Assembly: GCA_020137815.1 (NCBI GenBank)
Contig: CM035354.1
Coordinates: 8,184,001-8,248,000, forward strand
DNA from: Hormiphora californensis
Lineage: Eukaryota; Animalia; Ctenophora
Length of the DNA: 64,000 nucleotides
Direction: 5' to 3'
Shown here: positions 1 through 15,105 of the stretch, piece after piece
Layout of the letters: every line of letters starts with the position of its first letter
How positions within the stretch are numbered: the stretch's first letter is position 1
The notes under the pieces: generated by a model
Database searches by the model: none
Told to the model about the DNA's origin: nothing
Seen by the model: only the letters and a program-made list of their open reading frames with translations
Translations under genes and position numbers: made by a program

Positions 1-287
1 TGTGTGGGGAGTTAAAAATAGTTATTTTTAGCGGACCGATTAGATCTAGTTAGGCGCGACATTTTGAGATAAAGAGGGCTGATATGTTTGTAATGATCTT
101 ACATAATTCATGGCTCAATGAGTCACTCATGAGATCGGTAGAGAAAATGAAGAGAATAGATGGAGGTCAATGATTCTCAAACAATGCGTTCAGATCGGTT
201 CGGCGCCGCCAGACAGTCAGTGACTTTTCAGGATCTAAAACTATAAAGATCATATGTCCCTCCTTAAAACTCTGTCCCCCTATCTAG

Positions 288-2443
<2,156 letters not shown>

Positions 2444-3679
2444 TTTATTTTTGAGAGCAGAATATTATGAACTGATTTATTACACCACGAGTGAAGATAA
2501 TGATGGTATTTTTCCGAGTGAAGATTTTGATTATTGAGATCTCTCAACTCTAAAGAGAGAGACCAGCTGATCGATTGAGTGACAGTGAGCAACTGACAGA
2601 CTTATGTGTATTTTACAATCCACTTTTTAATTACCCCCTGACGATCAAACAGGTTCAGGCCCTCTACAATAAGAGAGATAGAGGACCTGCAAACCGCTGA
2701 CAACACATTTTTGAGTTTTATATGATTTTTGTTAAGAATTTTAAGTTGACCAACTGTTATTTGTTACATGCTGTGAATAAATAAATTGCGTTAATAGCGC
2801 CCATGAAACCAAATGTAGTCATCAGTTTGATTATAGATATCTCCGAACTATGGGTGGGATCTTTCTGGCGGCGCCGACCCGATCTGAACGCACTGTCACG
2901 TTTTGACGATCGAAACGGGTTCTGGCGCCGCCAGAAAGATTGGAACGATACAAGGGGATAGGAGTACAATCCCACGCCGGACAGTATGTGACCTGTGGTG
3001 TCGATCTACCGAACTAATGGTGCTCATGCTTCAGGCTTCTTCTGTCACCACTCTCAGTCAATTAACAGGCACTTCCATACATGTACGTGGCTTTTTAATC
3101 ATGGCCATGTGGGAATGTAGTCACATGCGAGAGACGTGGGAACGGTTTGTGTGGGACACTGGAAGAAATTGTAGTGAAGGAAATGTCAAACGGAGATTCA
3201 AATCATCATCTCCGGTTCATTATAATTGAGATTCCATTTCCTGTGGATCACCAACTTGGTAGGACCAGGGTTGCCATTAAATCATTTGACAATGATGCCA
3301 CTGGATTAATTAGCGTTGATTGGTATCCAATTAATGGTTTCATTCTATAGGTTTATCACAGCTAGTACGCTGTGTTATTTAGTCTCACCACACTGTATAA
3401 TGTTCTAATACCCGGTATCTGGGTAAATTATTGTGACATAAAGTGAATGGTACCTCTAGCATGACCTGCACTAACAAATGACCCATTGTACTATTAATAT
3501 TATACAGTTCCCAGGCATTGTCCCCACTTTTTCATACCTTTCCACCTCCTCTCTTCCTGCTTCTTTTGGTGCACTGAAGTATGTACAGTGTTTATTAGAA
3601 AACATGAACATATTGGACTTAATATTGAAAACTACTCCCAGGAACATCGTGAGGCGACTCAGTCTTCTTTTCTTTACCA

Positions 3680-3728
3680 TATCTCTCTCTCTAGTCTCTA
3701 TCTATCTCTCTCTACCTCTCACTCGAGA

Positions 3729-3819
<91 letters not shown>

Positions 3820-3996
3820 TCTCTATCTATCTCTCTCTACCTCTCACTCGAGATCTCTCTCTCTACCTCTCTCTCTATATATATATCTCTCTCTCTCTCT
3901 ATTTCTCTCTATTTCTCTCTATCTCTCTCTATCTCTCTCTTTCTATGAGTATGCCTTTCTCTCTCTACCTCTCTCTCCACCTCTACCTCTCTCTCT
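3680..3996. repeat. Compound (CT)n/(TA)n microsatellite
   Basis: Degenerate CT tract with a duplicated ctctcactcgagatctctct unit. Confidence 0.9.
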
Positions 3997-5339
3997 CGCG
4001 CTTGCTTTATGGAGTAGTTGCAATAGGAAATTGACCTTCGGATTCACAGTAGCCAATGCGCCTGCCCTCACTCACACACCTACACACACCAGGTAGTGAT
4101 AGTACTACATATGAATCTCATTCATCCTAAATTTAGTACTCTTTCATGTAGTTACTAATATATCAGGACTGTAGTAATAATGCTCTAAAAATGTCTTTCC
4201 TGATTTGAACTTTATATTCAGCCCTAAATTTTCTTCAACCTTTCTAACCCACTCGAGTAAGGGAATTCAATTCAAATTCAATCACTCAGTATCGCAGTAT
4301 CACGAGATACCGCCAATGTGTATCTGCACTTCCTGATAACTAGATTAGTGCTTTTTACCCAACTCGACCAGTTCCATACTACTTCAGCTGTTTAGTGAAA
4401 CCACTCTCCCGGTACTAATTAAAACGGCATATAGCGCTATTTTGAGGCATTGCCTTTTTTCCTAAATCAGCAGCTGTGGTTTCAGCACAGTTCATTCGAC
4501 TAATGACCTTTGCACTTTGATTGGCAAAGTTAATTTTGGGGGACCCCAAATTAGAAGTTACAACTGCATCTCTCTGTGTCTTCTAATGCCACTAAGTGTT
4601 TGCCAGTCCGAAATTAAATTCGTATCGGGAGAATGGCACGCGTCAGAACTAGTTTGTTGCTAGAAGTGGTAATGTAGGTAACGGATGGCGCACCCAGTTG
4701 CAGTTCAGTGTTTGGCCTTCCCTCTCTCTCTTTCTCTCTCTCTGTCTCTCTCTCACCTAGTCGTGCGGTTTATTACCGGCACAGTTAATTAACTACTGCA
4801 GCTGCTTAATTATTTCACTTCTCAATTTTTCTTTCTTCACAACCAACCTCCTCCTCCTCTCTCCAGTACGCGATGCGGAGAGAGAGAGGAAAAGTTTCAA
4901 ATTAGCCCGTTTTGTACGCGCCTTCCTTTTCTCTTGCTATTGCAACCCTGCACACAGAGCGGCGGGGGCGAATCAGCATAGCTTCCAACCGTACAGGGAG
5001 ACTCGTCGACGGGGCCAACCTGGTTTGAGGCTCCGTCAAGCGTAGGGGAATAATATATGCGTGTAGTTAGAGTGTTGCGATATAAGACATTTTTCTCGAC
5101 TTGCTACTAACTGTGTGTTCGGCCGGGGAGGGTAGAAACATCACAGTTATATACCAGTACCAACAAAACTGGGTGAAGACTCGTAAGAGACGCTTTGTAG
5201 CAGTTGAGAGAGTGAATGTGCACGCTTCAGTGTGTCTGGATGGGCGTAGTTTCAAGAATATTTCATTTAGAATTGGAAAACTACATTTGCTTAGGCCATA
5301 ATCGAAACACATGTATTCCTTGATTGTTTCATAAAGTTG

Positions 5340-5374
<35 letters not shown>

Positions 5375-5735
5375 CCTCTCTCCTCATGTCCTCCCTCTCC
5401 CTTCTCGAATCGGGCCTCTCTCTCCTCTCCTCTCATCACTCACCTCCTCTCGTCTCGTTCTCCTCACTCTCTACCATTATTCTGCCATCTCGTACTTAGA
5501 GTAGAGTGATCGATAGAGTAGAGATAAGTTGTTAGAGTAGACGGGATGTGGGTATAGAGACATTGTAATGCTATAGTTATTGTCTAACGGTCTATCGAGC
5601 AGCTAGACTATGTGTGAGGGAGATAGATTAAGATTGAGAGAGAGAAAGAGAGTGTGTGTGTGAGAGAGAGCAAGGCGGAGCATCTTAACCCATTAACCCG
5701 TGGCGATGTTGTCTCCAACTCTCAGATAGGATTCC

Positions 5736-5754
5736 CCTCTCTCTTTCTCTATCT

Positions 5755-5830
<76 letters not shown>

Positions 5831-5902
5831 CTCTCTCCTCCTCTCTATCTCTCTATCTCTCTCTCTCTCTCTAACAATCAAAAGTAAAGTATCAAAAGTA
5901 AG

Positions 5903-5938
<36 letters not shown>
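5736..5938. repeat. (CT)n microsatellite
   Basis: Seen directly. Confidence 0.9.
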
Positions 5939-5940
<2 letters not shown>

Positions 5941-7121
5941 CTTTTTCGTCTATTTTTACCTATTTTTGCCTCACATAGGCTTTTCTCTCCACACATCTCT
6001 CCTTTGCGCTTCCATTAACTTGGCTATTAAATCTTGATTTTTAGATTAAATTTTGCCTCCAGCATTGTTTCTAGTTGGATGAATGGATGAGAGGGGAGAG
6101 AGACAGAAATAAAGAGAGAGGGAGAGAGTCAAGATAGAGAGAGAGGTCAGTGCACTTGGTCGTTCAGAGTTAATTAACTCTGCAATTTGTAAAAGAGAAG
6201 TGGCTGGTGAAGTCATAATGGAACGTTTTTCTGTGGCCTGCACTCTCGACCACACAAAACGTTTTTTGTATCACTATGTTTTGTCTCACTGTCCATCATT
6301 TTCTCTTATTTGTTCTCTCCTACAGTCTGTAATTTTCTTAACATCGATCCGCAAATTTCAATCTAAGCAATACCTCATACCTTATAAAATATGAATGGTC
6401 CTGACTCCTGGATGGTCCAAGTGGTAGTCGCTAAAGTTATTGAGACTGGGGCTCCCCTGAAAATAATTCATTTTAATAATTTGGGACAAAAAAGTGAGGA
6501 TAAGGTGAGGAATGGAGACTCTCCAGGAGATGGAAAAGTTTTCTGACACATTTTTTCATGTCTTTGCCACTGCCAGTGAAAGTGTGAGAACAGTGAGAAC
6601 AGGGAGGGTGTGGAAAGAGAGAAGGTAGTCGAGAACAGAAGGAGAATGAGTAAAAGAGGGAAAGGGTGAATGTACTATTTGTATATGTGTGTGTCCACGC
6701 GCCCAGGCAGGAAGTGGGAATTTTCGCACAAATAATTGTCTTTTTCGTGTGAGTGCGTTTCTTGCTTGTCCCTCTTGCAGCTTTGTAGCTATTGAGTCTG
6801 ATAGAGAGAGAGAGAGAGAGAGTCAGATAGAGAGAGAGAGAGAGAGAGATAGGCCAAAGTGCCAAACCATCCACAGTGGCTTTTGCAATCTAACTTTGTA
6901 TAGCCGAAGCGGTAGGGTCGTCCCAGCCCTTGCTTCACCATTATATGACAATTAGCATAGTGCAAGCAGTTACTTGAGCAACTAATTCTGTCTCAAAGAC
7001 ATTCTCTCTCTCTACCCCCCCCTCTCTCTCTCTCTCTCTTCCTCTCTCTTCCCACCAGAAGAGATAATGAATGTCAACTGTTCATTTCCGTTACCGACAA
7101 TATCTCTCTCCCTAGTGTGTA

Positions 7122-8805
7122 ATGGCTATCACGCGGACAAGCCTCTTATTTTTCCTCCTGGGAGCCCTTGTAAGCGCCCAGGTGTCCAAGAAATGTCTAA
7201 AAGCGGACAAGGCTTACTCCGCTAGTACCCTGAAGCGGCCTACGACCCCCTCCAGTATGGGGGAGTGCAGTATGTTGCCTGACGAGGCTTGGAGTTGTTG
7301 TAGCATGGTGACGGAGCACTTCATGAAAACAAAAGCAAAGACGGACTTCCCCACCCTGGCTCTAGCTAGAGTGGTGGGTAGGCTGAGGAAGGTGGAGAAT
7401 GCTCAGCTGAACAACAACTTCACGCCAGTAGGTCGTTACCCAAGAGTTCAATGATAAGGTACAAAGAGAGGGTGAGGTGACATACGATGAGCTCACCAGG
7501 ACCATCTTCAAATACTACATGAACGAGGAATGTCTCACTGACCCCCTGACTGACAGCCTGGTGGAGAGGAACAGGGACAACGTCAGACAAATTGCTGACT
7601 ACCTAGCTGCTGTCTACAAAGGTCTGGCCTCCCTAAAGAGAGCACTGGAAATCGCTAGCGAGTACAAGATATCTGATGATTGTGCCAACGCCGTCATGGC
7701 CAATGGAATTTACACCGGTACCCAGTTTGAGAGGAGCATGTGTCAAGTGTGTAACAGGAACTATGCCATCTTGATGCCCTGCTATAACTCCTGTCTGAAC
7801 GTGGCGAGGGGGTGTTTGAACGAGTTCACCGAGGTCAACAGGCTGCTGAACGAGCTGAGCATGAAACTGGATGGTGTCCACAACTATCTGGTGTATGATC
7901 TCTTTGGGGAAGGTGGGTCCCTTGACAGGTTGGATCAGGATGTTACCATGTTCCTTGACCACTACCCTGATTATGGAACAAAGTGCAGTAAGAACATGCC
8001 CAGTGCCTTCACCGCTACCGACTCCATGGCCCAACCATCTAACTTCTCTGCTGCTCCTCTTGATCTCCAGGATCTCTTCCTGAAAAGTGCTGACCATGTG
8101 TGTCTTCTTTCCCAGACCATCCTCGAGGACTCCACCTGCTGGAACGACAAGGGACCTGTATCCTCAGATAGAACATACGTCCTGCCTTTTGATACCAGGA
8201 GCCAGAATGTCAACAGTAAGATCAGGAGGGTAGCGGCTGTGAGTGATGAGGTGACGTCCATTGAAAATGAACTGAGAGATACCACCCACTCTATACAGCA
8301 GATTATGGATGGAACAGAAGTGTTCACCTTCGAAACTATCGAGGAAATCGTAGAAGAGGAAGAGGAGGAGGTTGTAGAGCCTACAGAAAAGGAAGAAGAG
8401 GTCGTCCCTACTGAAAAAGAAGAGGAGGAAGTCGTCCCAACTGAGAAAAAGGAAGAAGAGGAAGAAGTTGTCCCTACAGAGAAAAAGATGGAAGAAGAAG
8501 AGGAGAAGGAAGTGATGCCTGACACTAAGAAGGAAGAAGACATCAATGAGGGTGAGGAGAAGGAGGGTGACATGCCCAAAGAAGATGACAAGAAAGAAGA
8601 CATGGAGGAGAAAGAGGAAGATAACAACAATACAGATGGGGATGATGACTATGAGGTAGATAACAACAACACTAACCAGAAGGAGGATGATAAGAAGGAG
8701 GAGGATAAGTTGGATACTACTGTTGATGAGGGTGCCTCTACCGCTGAGAGCTCTGCAATCACCGTCCTCTTCACCCTCTCCCTGGTACCCTTGATACACC
8801 TGTAA
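7122..8805 (+). CDS. Glypican-like GPI-anchored protein, intronless, one apparent frameshift near 7430
   Basis: Signal peptide MAITRTSLLFFLLGALVSA. Glypican Cys pattern: C..WSCC, CQVC..PCYNSCLNVARGCL, CWN. Glu-rich stalk and hydrophobic GPI-type C-terminus SSAITVLFTLSLVPLIHL. The second frame is open from 7432, so one indel joins the two ORFs. Confidence 0.85.
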
Positions 8806-9504
8806 AGATGGAATGGAAAGGGACAATTAGGGGACCATACCACCCCTCCAACAAGAAACAACAAACAAGTGATATGTATAGCAAGCAGCTGTGAGAGATA
8901 ATGTGAGAAATATGATAACATAAACTGTTAGTGAGCGAGAGAGAAAGTGACACTAAGAGAGAGATATATATTCATCTTTTTAACTAAATTGTCTAAAGGA
9001 GTTTTGTCTTTGAAAACCGTTTTACCTGATGAGTCGTTACATTGTTTTACAAATCAGCTCCTCCATTCTCAGTGCGAAACAGGCCATATTGTCCCTGCAA
9101 CGTACATTCGTCTCGTCCAATCAGAACCCAGGATACTAGTCACGTGATCTGAAACAACCAACCACAGGGCAGCAGGAAGTGTCACATACTGGCACATACA
9201 ACTGCACGGCCCTGCATAATTATAAGCGGACGTGATGTTGTGACAGCGAGCGATAGAAAAGAAAAATAGGGCAAATTTAAAGGGGTTGTAACGAAAAATT
9301 CTGAAAACAGTACAAAATCAACTTCAGACAAAATAATAAGTTAACCTAAAGTTCAGATAAGAGACTCCCTAACAGTCTAAAATATTTAAAAAAGATCTAA
9401 ACAACTTCAACTCTGCGGTAGTAATACTCAATAGTTCATAATTCATATCAAGTGATATCAAGTGTTCCAAGACTCAATTGTTCATATCAAGTAGACTTTA
9501 TTGC

Positions 9505-10398
9505 TCATATCATGTCCAGTTCTCCCAGACGTGAGATAAGTCGCCCTAACACGAACATTTCCTCTTTACAGTGACGGTATATAGCCCTCACTTGAGTTTC
9601 ACCCAACATAAACCGCTTCAGAATACCTGATATCTGAAGAACGGCAAGTTTGGTTCAGTTAATGGTATCAGTTATTGTTGATAATGTCACCCACATTTCC
9701 TTCCCCCACTAAAATCATGAGATCTAGAGCGTAACGGACCTGTTTAAAGAAGGAGCAAGACCAGGTGTCGGGGTAGTCCACACATTGTATATCTCGACCA
9801 AGTACAAACTTTGAGTGAAGGGTAGACACTCCCGTCTCAGTGTCATGGGTTAGAGTGTGGTAGAGAATGCCAGCTTTGATCCGTCCAAACCAAGGAAAAT
9901 GGGTAGTCACGTGACCGTGCAGCACTACACCCGCCTTAAACCGGTTCTGGGAAATAAGGAGGATGATGGTAGTAACCTTGAGAAAAGGGTCGGGTAGAAA
10001 ACAAGCTATCAGATGTTTAGAAACTGTTAATTGAATAGTACCTGAAGAGAATCACAGTCCCGTTCAATGCCCAGACAAGGATCCAGGAAGATGATATCAA
10101 GGTGATTTAGTTTCCCTCCAACGAACTCCTTTACTCTGTGCACCTTCCCATTTCTAGCAACTAGTTCATGGGTCCACTCATTCTGGGTGTCAGTCTCTGA
10201 GGAATGGAAGTATTACAGTGTGTTGGGTCATTATGAGGCAGAGGTAGGAGGGTTAGAGTAAAAGGGGTCAGGGGTAAAACAGGTATAACAGCAATGGGTT
10301 TGATTGGTCCAATTATTATTCACTGAATATTATGCAACACTTTCTCTCGTCGCCACAATACAATACAGAGTCTCTCTTTCCCTCTCTCTTAGAAACCG

Positions 10399-10485
<87 letters not shown>

Positions 10486-12905
10486 CAGGTTTTCCGGGTC
10501 CATCCCTGAAAGTTCGCCGTGAAACTTTTCTTCGCCGCTGCGTACAGGGTGCAGCTCCGTAGTTGCTGGTATTCAGACATGAAGCTCCCCTCCTCTTCCT
10601 CCTCCTCCTTCCGGTGCCTGTCGAGAACCTCGCACACGCGTTTATACATGGAGCGACGACTGACGGGCAGAGTTGTCTTCTCTGGAGAAGTCTTGCCCGT
10701 AGCACCCTGTATTCTGCCCTTCACGGCACACCAACCCCCAACACCCCGACACCACAGGAGGGATGTGGGAGAGGGACGTGGTGTGGAGGGGGTCTTACTA
10801 TCTGGGAATGTGTCCGGGACAATAACTAGAGAAGGAGGGTTGGGGATGGATGGGGCACGATCTAGTACAGGGCCCTCTGAGACTCCTCATCTCACACTCC
10901 CCACCCACAGTAACACTACTGAGAGGGATGGGTGAGGGGAATACAGAAAGACAACAACCCTCCCTGTAGACCCAGGGAGATCCGCTTCATGATCTTGTCT
11001 GAACAGCTCAGAGAGAGGGTCGGAGGTCCTCGTCCAGGTTTAGTTCGGATCACTCCAGTTAGAGCCCAGTTACGGTCAGTTAGAGATTGCTGGCCTAGTT
11101 CTGAGATGCACCGGGCACCTGTTCGAGTTAGACAGCGCCGTTTAGGGGATCTTTCTCCTGAATCATCTTGCGTTGCATTCTTATTTTCATCATTGTCTTT
11201 AGTTTTCTCGGTTTCCCTCTCTGGTTCCTCTTTTGTTGTCTCTTCATGCTGCTCAACAACGATTGTAGCATCACCACACGGCACACATGATGTATAAAAG
11301 TGAAATCTCACCCCCTCTCTCACTCTAAACCCTCCTCCATCCTCCTCCTCACGTTTTTCCACCACACCTGACTTGGTCCCTTGTGAAACCTGATCCAACA
11401 TGAACAATCTAAACAATCGTAACGCCAGGACCTCCGCGTGACTATCAGTTACCGTGTAACTGTCACCCCTAGCAACACATTTAGTTCCTGTTGCCATGGC
11501 AACTACTGAGAATTCTTGGTCCCCTGTCCCCATAACAACGGCTGCCATGTTAGTCCAGGTTCCGGGTGCTGGTTTCCCTTTACGAGGCAGGGAAGTGTAG
11601 TGGGAGATGGCCAGGTCGTGAATTGATTCAGCCATGGGGACAGCTAGAAGTTACAATAGGTTTCGTTAAAATGGGAAATTGGGAGAGAATGAGGAAGGGA
11701 GAAAGGGAGAAATAATTTAACATAAAGGGTATCAAGAGCAGTGGGATCATCTCGGCTCTTTGATGAAAGGATACCGGTAAGGGGTTATTGAGTAAGGGAG
11801 CCAGAAAGACTAGGTCACACAAAGGGGAACACATTTGTGTAAAACACACACACTGGGTGTTTCTTGAGTAGTTGTGTGGCCTACCACTTGAATTGTGGTA
11901 CTGGTAGTACCACTACCACTTGTGGTACACCAGGAACAATGAATGAATAGGGGAACAAATAGTGATGAAGGAACTAAGTTTCAACAAAACAACCTACCTA
12001 GCCACACTCCATACACATGGTCCAGTGGGTGCCAGAGAGCGTACACTGCAGAACAATTAACATAACTCCACCAGGATCTAAACTGGTCCGGTGATATCCC
12101 TGCCATGTCTGTCTCTACAGAGACGTGAAACCACACTGGTCCATATCCCTCGTCTTCCTCTACCCGTACTATCCTCTCCCCACTTGATACCCAGAAGTAG
12201 GGGTGATCTGAGAGGGAGGATATATTGAATGAACCATGTTATTATTATTACTCTCACGATCTCACTTTAATGAGGTAGAGGAATGAGTTGATGGCAACCC
12301 GCCAACTCTCAATCTCCCCTCCTTGTTAACTGAGACATGACAACAATACAGCAATTCTGGCCCCCACCCTCATCGTATGGCCTACATAATAATAATAGCT
12401 ACACCTACACACAATTATGCACTACTGGGGAGGTAGCTATGACTTACTGAAATCGTAGAAATTAGCGCCAGTTGTTTCTGGTATTTTGAGGGACGAGGAT
12501 ACTTCAGCTAAGTTTTCCATACTGTACTGGAACAGGCTGGAGTTATGTTGTAGAATCTCTGCCCCGCATCCGTCTTTGTACCTAAAGAGAATACAGGAGA
12601 TTTAGGGGGCCGGTCGATATGATAAAATTGCCTGTAGGATACATCCTGTTTCCCTATACTCCAGCAACTTACCCAAAAGGGTCATGTCCATCTCCAGTGA
12701 ACATGAAGGAGATGTAAGTAGCCAGCAGTATCATGGCACCCCCAGCAAAATATCCACCCAATTCCTGTGTCCACCCCAACACGTTATCCTCAGCCACTCT
12801 GTCCTCCCTAGCTCTCTCTGCCTCCCTCTCAGCCAGCCGCTCCATTACCCCCTCCATGTCCTCTTCCTGTGCCTCCCTTAACTTGTCAAGTTGGGCCTTG
12901 TTCAT
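9505..12905 (-). CDS. PhlG/DAPG-hydrolase-like Zn metalloenzyme with N-terminal membrane anchor (355 aa, 6 exons)
   Basis: Exons 12905-12673, 12581-12448, 12207-11998, 10196-10042, 9946-9740, 9633-9505 join with no frameshift (1068 nt). Motifs TDMAGISPDQFRSWW, YALWHPLDH, HRVKEFVGG..LDIIFLDP, LHSKFVLG and HCKEEMFVL follow the PhlG family pattern as I recall it. TM segment GGYFAGGAMILLATYISFMF. Confidence 0.8.
10402..10482. repeat. (CT)n microsatellite immediately 3' of ADAT1
   Basis: Seen directly. Confidence 0.95.
10485..11635 (-). CDS. ADAT1: tRNA-specific adenosine deaminase 1, intronless, nested in intron 3 of the PhlG-like gene; several indels at 10720-10935
   Basis: LPRKGKP, ATGTKC, DSHAEVLA, PCGDA, RTKPGRG, SCSDK, GLQGGLLS and a C-terminal GRIQGAT..Y.AAK..GW.RK. 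No dsRBD, so ADAT1 rather than ADAR. Confidence 0.9.
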
Positions 12906-13115
12906 CTATACAATCACACGCAACGAACTATACACAGGGGATAGAAAGAATGGGTTAAACCCATCGGGTTTGTATTGCGGCCGCCCCCGTTATTAGGTCT
13001 GAGATCTGGAGAAAGTGCAGCTACTTGTTAGAACTTCTCACAGGCTACTCATGACGCCCACTCATAGAGATAGGGTATTTGGGCTCACATGTTTAGCCGT
13101 CGAGCCCAGAACCTT

Positions 13116-13150
13116 GGTCACGTGACCAGACAGTGCAGTATCACGTGACC
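13116..13150. promoter_or_regulatory. Paired TCACGTGA E-boxes (CLEAR/USF-like) upstream of the PhlG-like gene
   Basis: GGTCACGTGACC at 13116-13127 and ATCACGTGACC at 13140-13150, about 210-245 nt 5' of the ATG at 12905. Confidence 0.4.
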
Positions 13151-13466
13151 TCGAAATGCTGCGCGGCGGGGAGTGTTCTTTCACCATCACTCAGAGACAG
13201 GTCACAGAGGGAGACATTGTCAGCATTAAAAAGAGATAACGCACGCGCACTAAACTGCGCGCGTCATATGTGACACTGCAACGTCTGGGGCAAGTGTGAC
13301 GTTGCAAAATTGTAACAATAGCTGCCGCACTCAGTGGGGGACTCAGTGGTTGTTCATAGAGCTGGATTTGTTGTATAAAATAAATGAAAATGGAATATAT
13401 TTACAGAAGGTGAACAAAACAAAATATGAAAATGAAAGTCTTTATCCGCACACAAGCACACTGTCT

Positions 13467-13957
13467 CAGGGGGTCTTTCACGAACACTTCGGTCCTAACT
13501 TTTTTGGGACCAATATTGCACTAGGACTTTTTTGAAATGGCTTTCACGAACAGAAGTTGGGGGTAGGCGGGGAGGGTAATTACCCCAATGCTCTCTATTT
13601 TGGCTTTCACGAAACTGAAGTTAGGACCGTAACTCACGTAGTCCTAAAGTCGCACGTGACCCATGTGAGTGTTGAAAACCAATAGGTAAACAAACACGTG
13701 ATCACCAATAGCCATTTATGATTCAGATAGACTGACACGAGTATAAACATGATCACGTGACATTCGCAACAGAAGGGTGCAGGTGGAATTTCCAGTCAAG
13801 TTGGTGTGTGAATAGTATTCATATATCAATGAATACATCAGTATTCTCTGCTATCTCTCACCCTATATACCAGTCATCTCTCTTGATCTATAACGAGACG
13901 CGAAGCAGAGAGCAAAGAGGAGAGAGAGGAGAGAGAGAGAGAGAGGAGAGAAAGAGG

Positions 13958-14023
<66 letters not shown>

Positions 14024-14035
14024 AGAGAGAGAGAG

Positions 14036-14076
<41 letters not shown>

Positions 14077-14296
14077 GGGGAGAAAAGAGAGGGGGGAAAG
14101 AGAGGGGGAGAGAGAGAGAAAAAGGAGGGAAGGGGAAGAGATAGGCGAGAGAAAAGCGGAAGGAAGAGAAGAGAAGAATGAGAGCGATAGAGAGAGACGA
14201 TAAGCGGCGTAGAGATATCTCGATCTAGAGCTCTCTCTCTCTATGTCCTCTTTCCTATCTGTCTAGCCTCTATCTCTCTACTCTCCTCCCTCTTTT

Positions 14297-14348
<52 letters not shown>

Positions 14349-14858
14349 AGGAGTTCACAAATAGTTTATTTATAAAGATTGAAGCAATCGGAGGTTGTCT
14401 TGAGAATTGTGTTGTTTTCATTAAAACTGCGGCTGAGATCCCATAAAAGTGTATACTCATGGTGCTCGAATGCGCATTATGGCTTCACCTGTCAAAGTTA
14501 GGACCGCATTTTGGTCCCAACTGAGAGTTAGGACAGCTTTTACCTGTCCTAACTCTAGGGAGAGTTAGGACCAAAATCCTAGTGGTTGGGACCGGAGTTG
14601 GGACCGCAAATTAGAGAGTTGGGATCTTTTTTGATAGTTAGGACCGCGGGAAAGGTAGTCACGTGGGGCATCACGCAATTAAAGTGTCGAATTACACAGC
14701 TGGGACCGGAGTTAGGACCGAAAGTTGGGACCGGTCCTAACTCTCTAAAAACGGTCCTAACTTTGGCCGTTCGTGAAAGCCACATTGCAAATTTTGGTCC
14801 TAACTACGCTGGGACCGGTCCTAACTTCGGTCCTAATTGTTTCGTGAAAGACCCCCTG
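13467..14858. mobile_element. Non-autonomous DNA transposon (hAT-like CAGGGG termini)
   Basis: TIR CAGGGGGTCTTTCACGAA / TTCGTGAAAGACCCCCTG. Many subterminal AGTTAGGACC/GGTCCTAACT copies in both orientations. Internal (GA)n/(CT)n tract. No clear TSD and no transposase. Confidence 0.75.
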
Positions 14859-14912
14859 ATCTCACACATCCACTTTAACCCTGTCTAACTAATTGCTCTA
14901 TTTCCCCTTGGT

Positions 14913-15053
14913 TTAGGCTTCAGTCGGTTGTGTTCTATTCAGATCCTCCCCAGACACCCTGGCTTCTAGAAACTCAATCTTCCGTTCCAACGTTGTCAAT
15001 TTCTCGTTCAGTTGGGCTAGTCGTGACCTGTGTGTGGTAGATTATCATAAAGA

Positions 15054-15105
<52 letters not shown>

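Noticed and set aside
2903-3680. Short ORFs that might form a gene
   Set aside because: No recognisable domain and no consistent exon chain could be built.
7633-8826. Long minus-strand ORFs over the glypican (similar ones over ATG13, BAH and iGluR)
   Set aside because: Antisense shadows of real CDSs.
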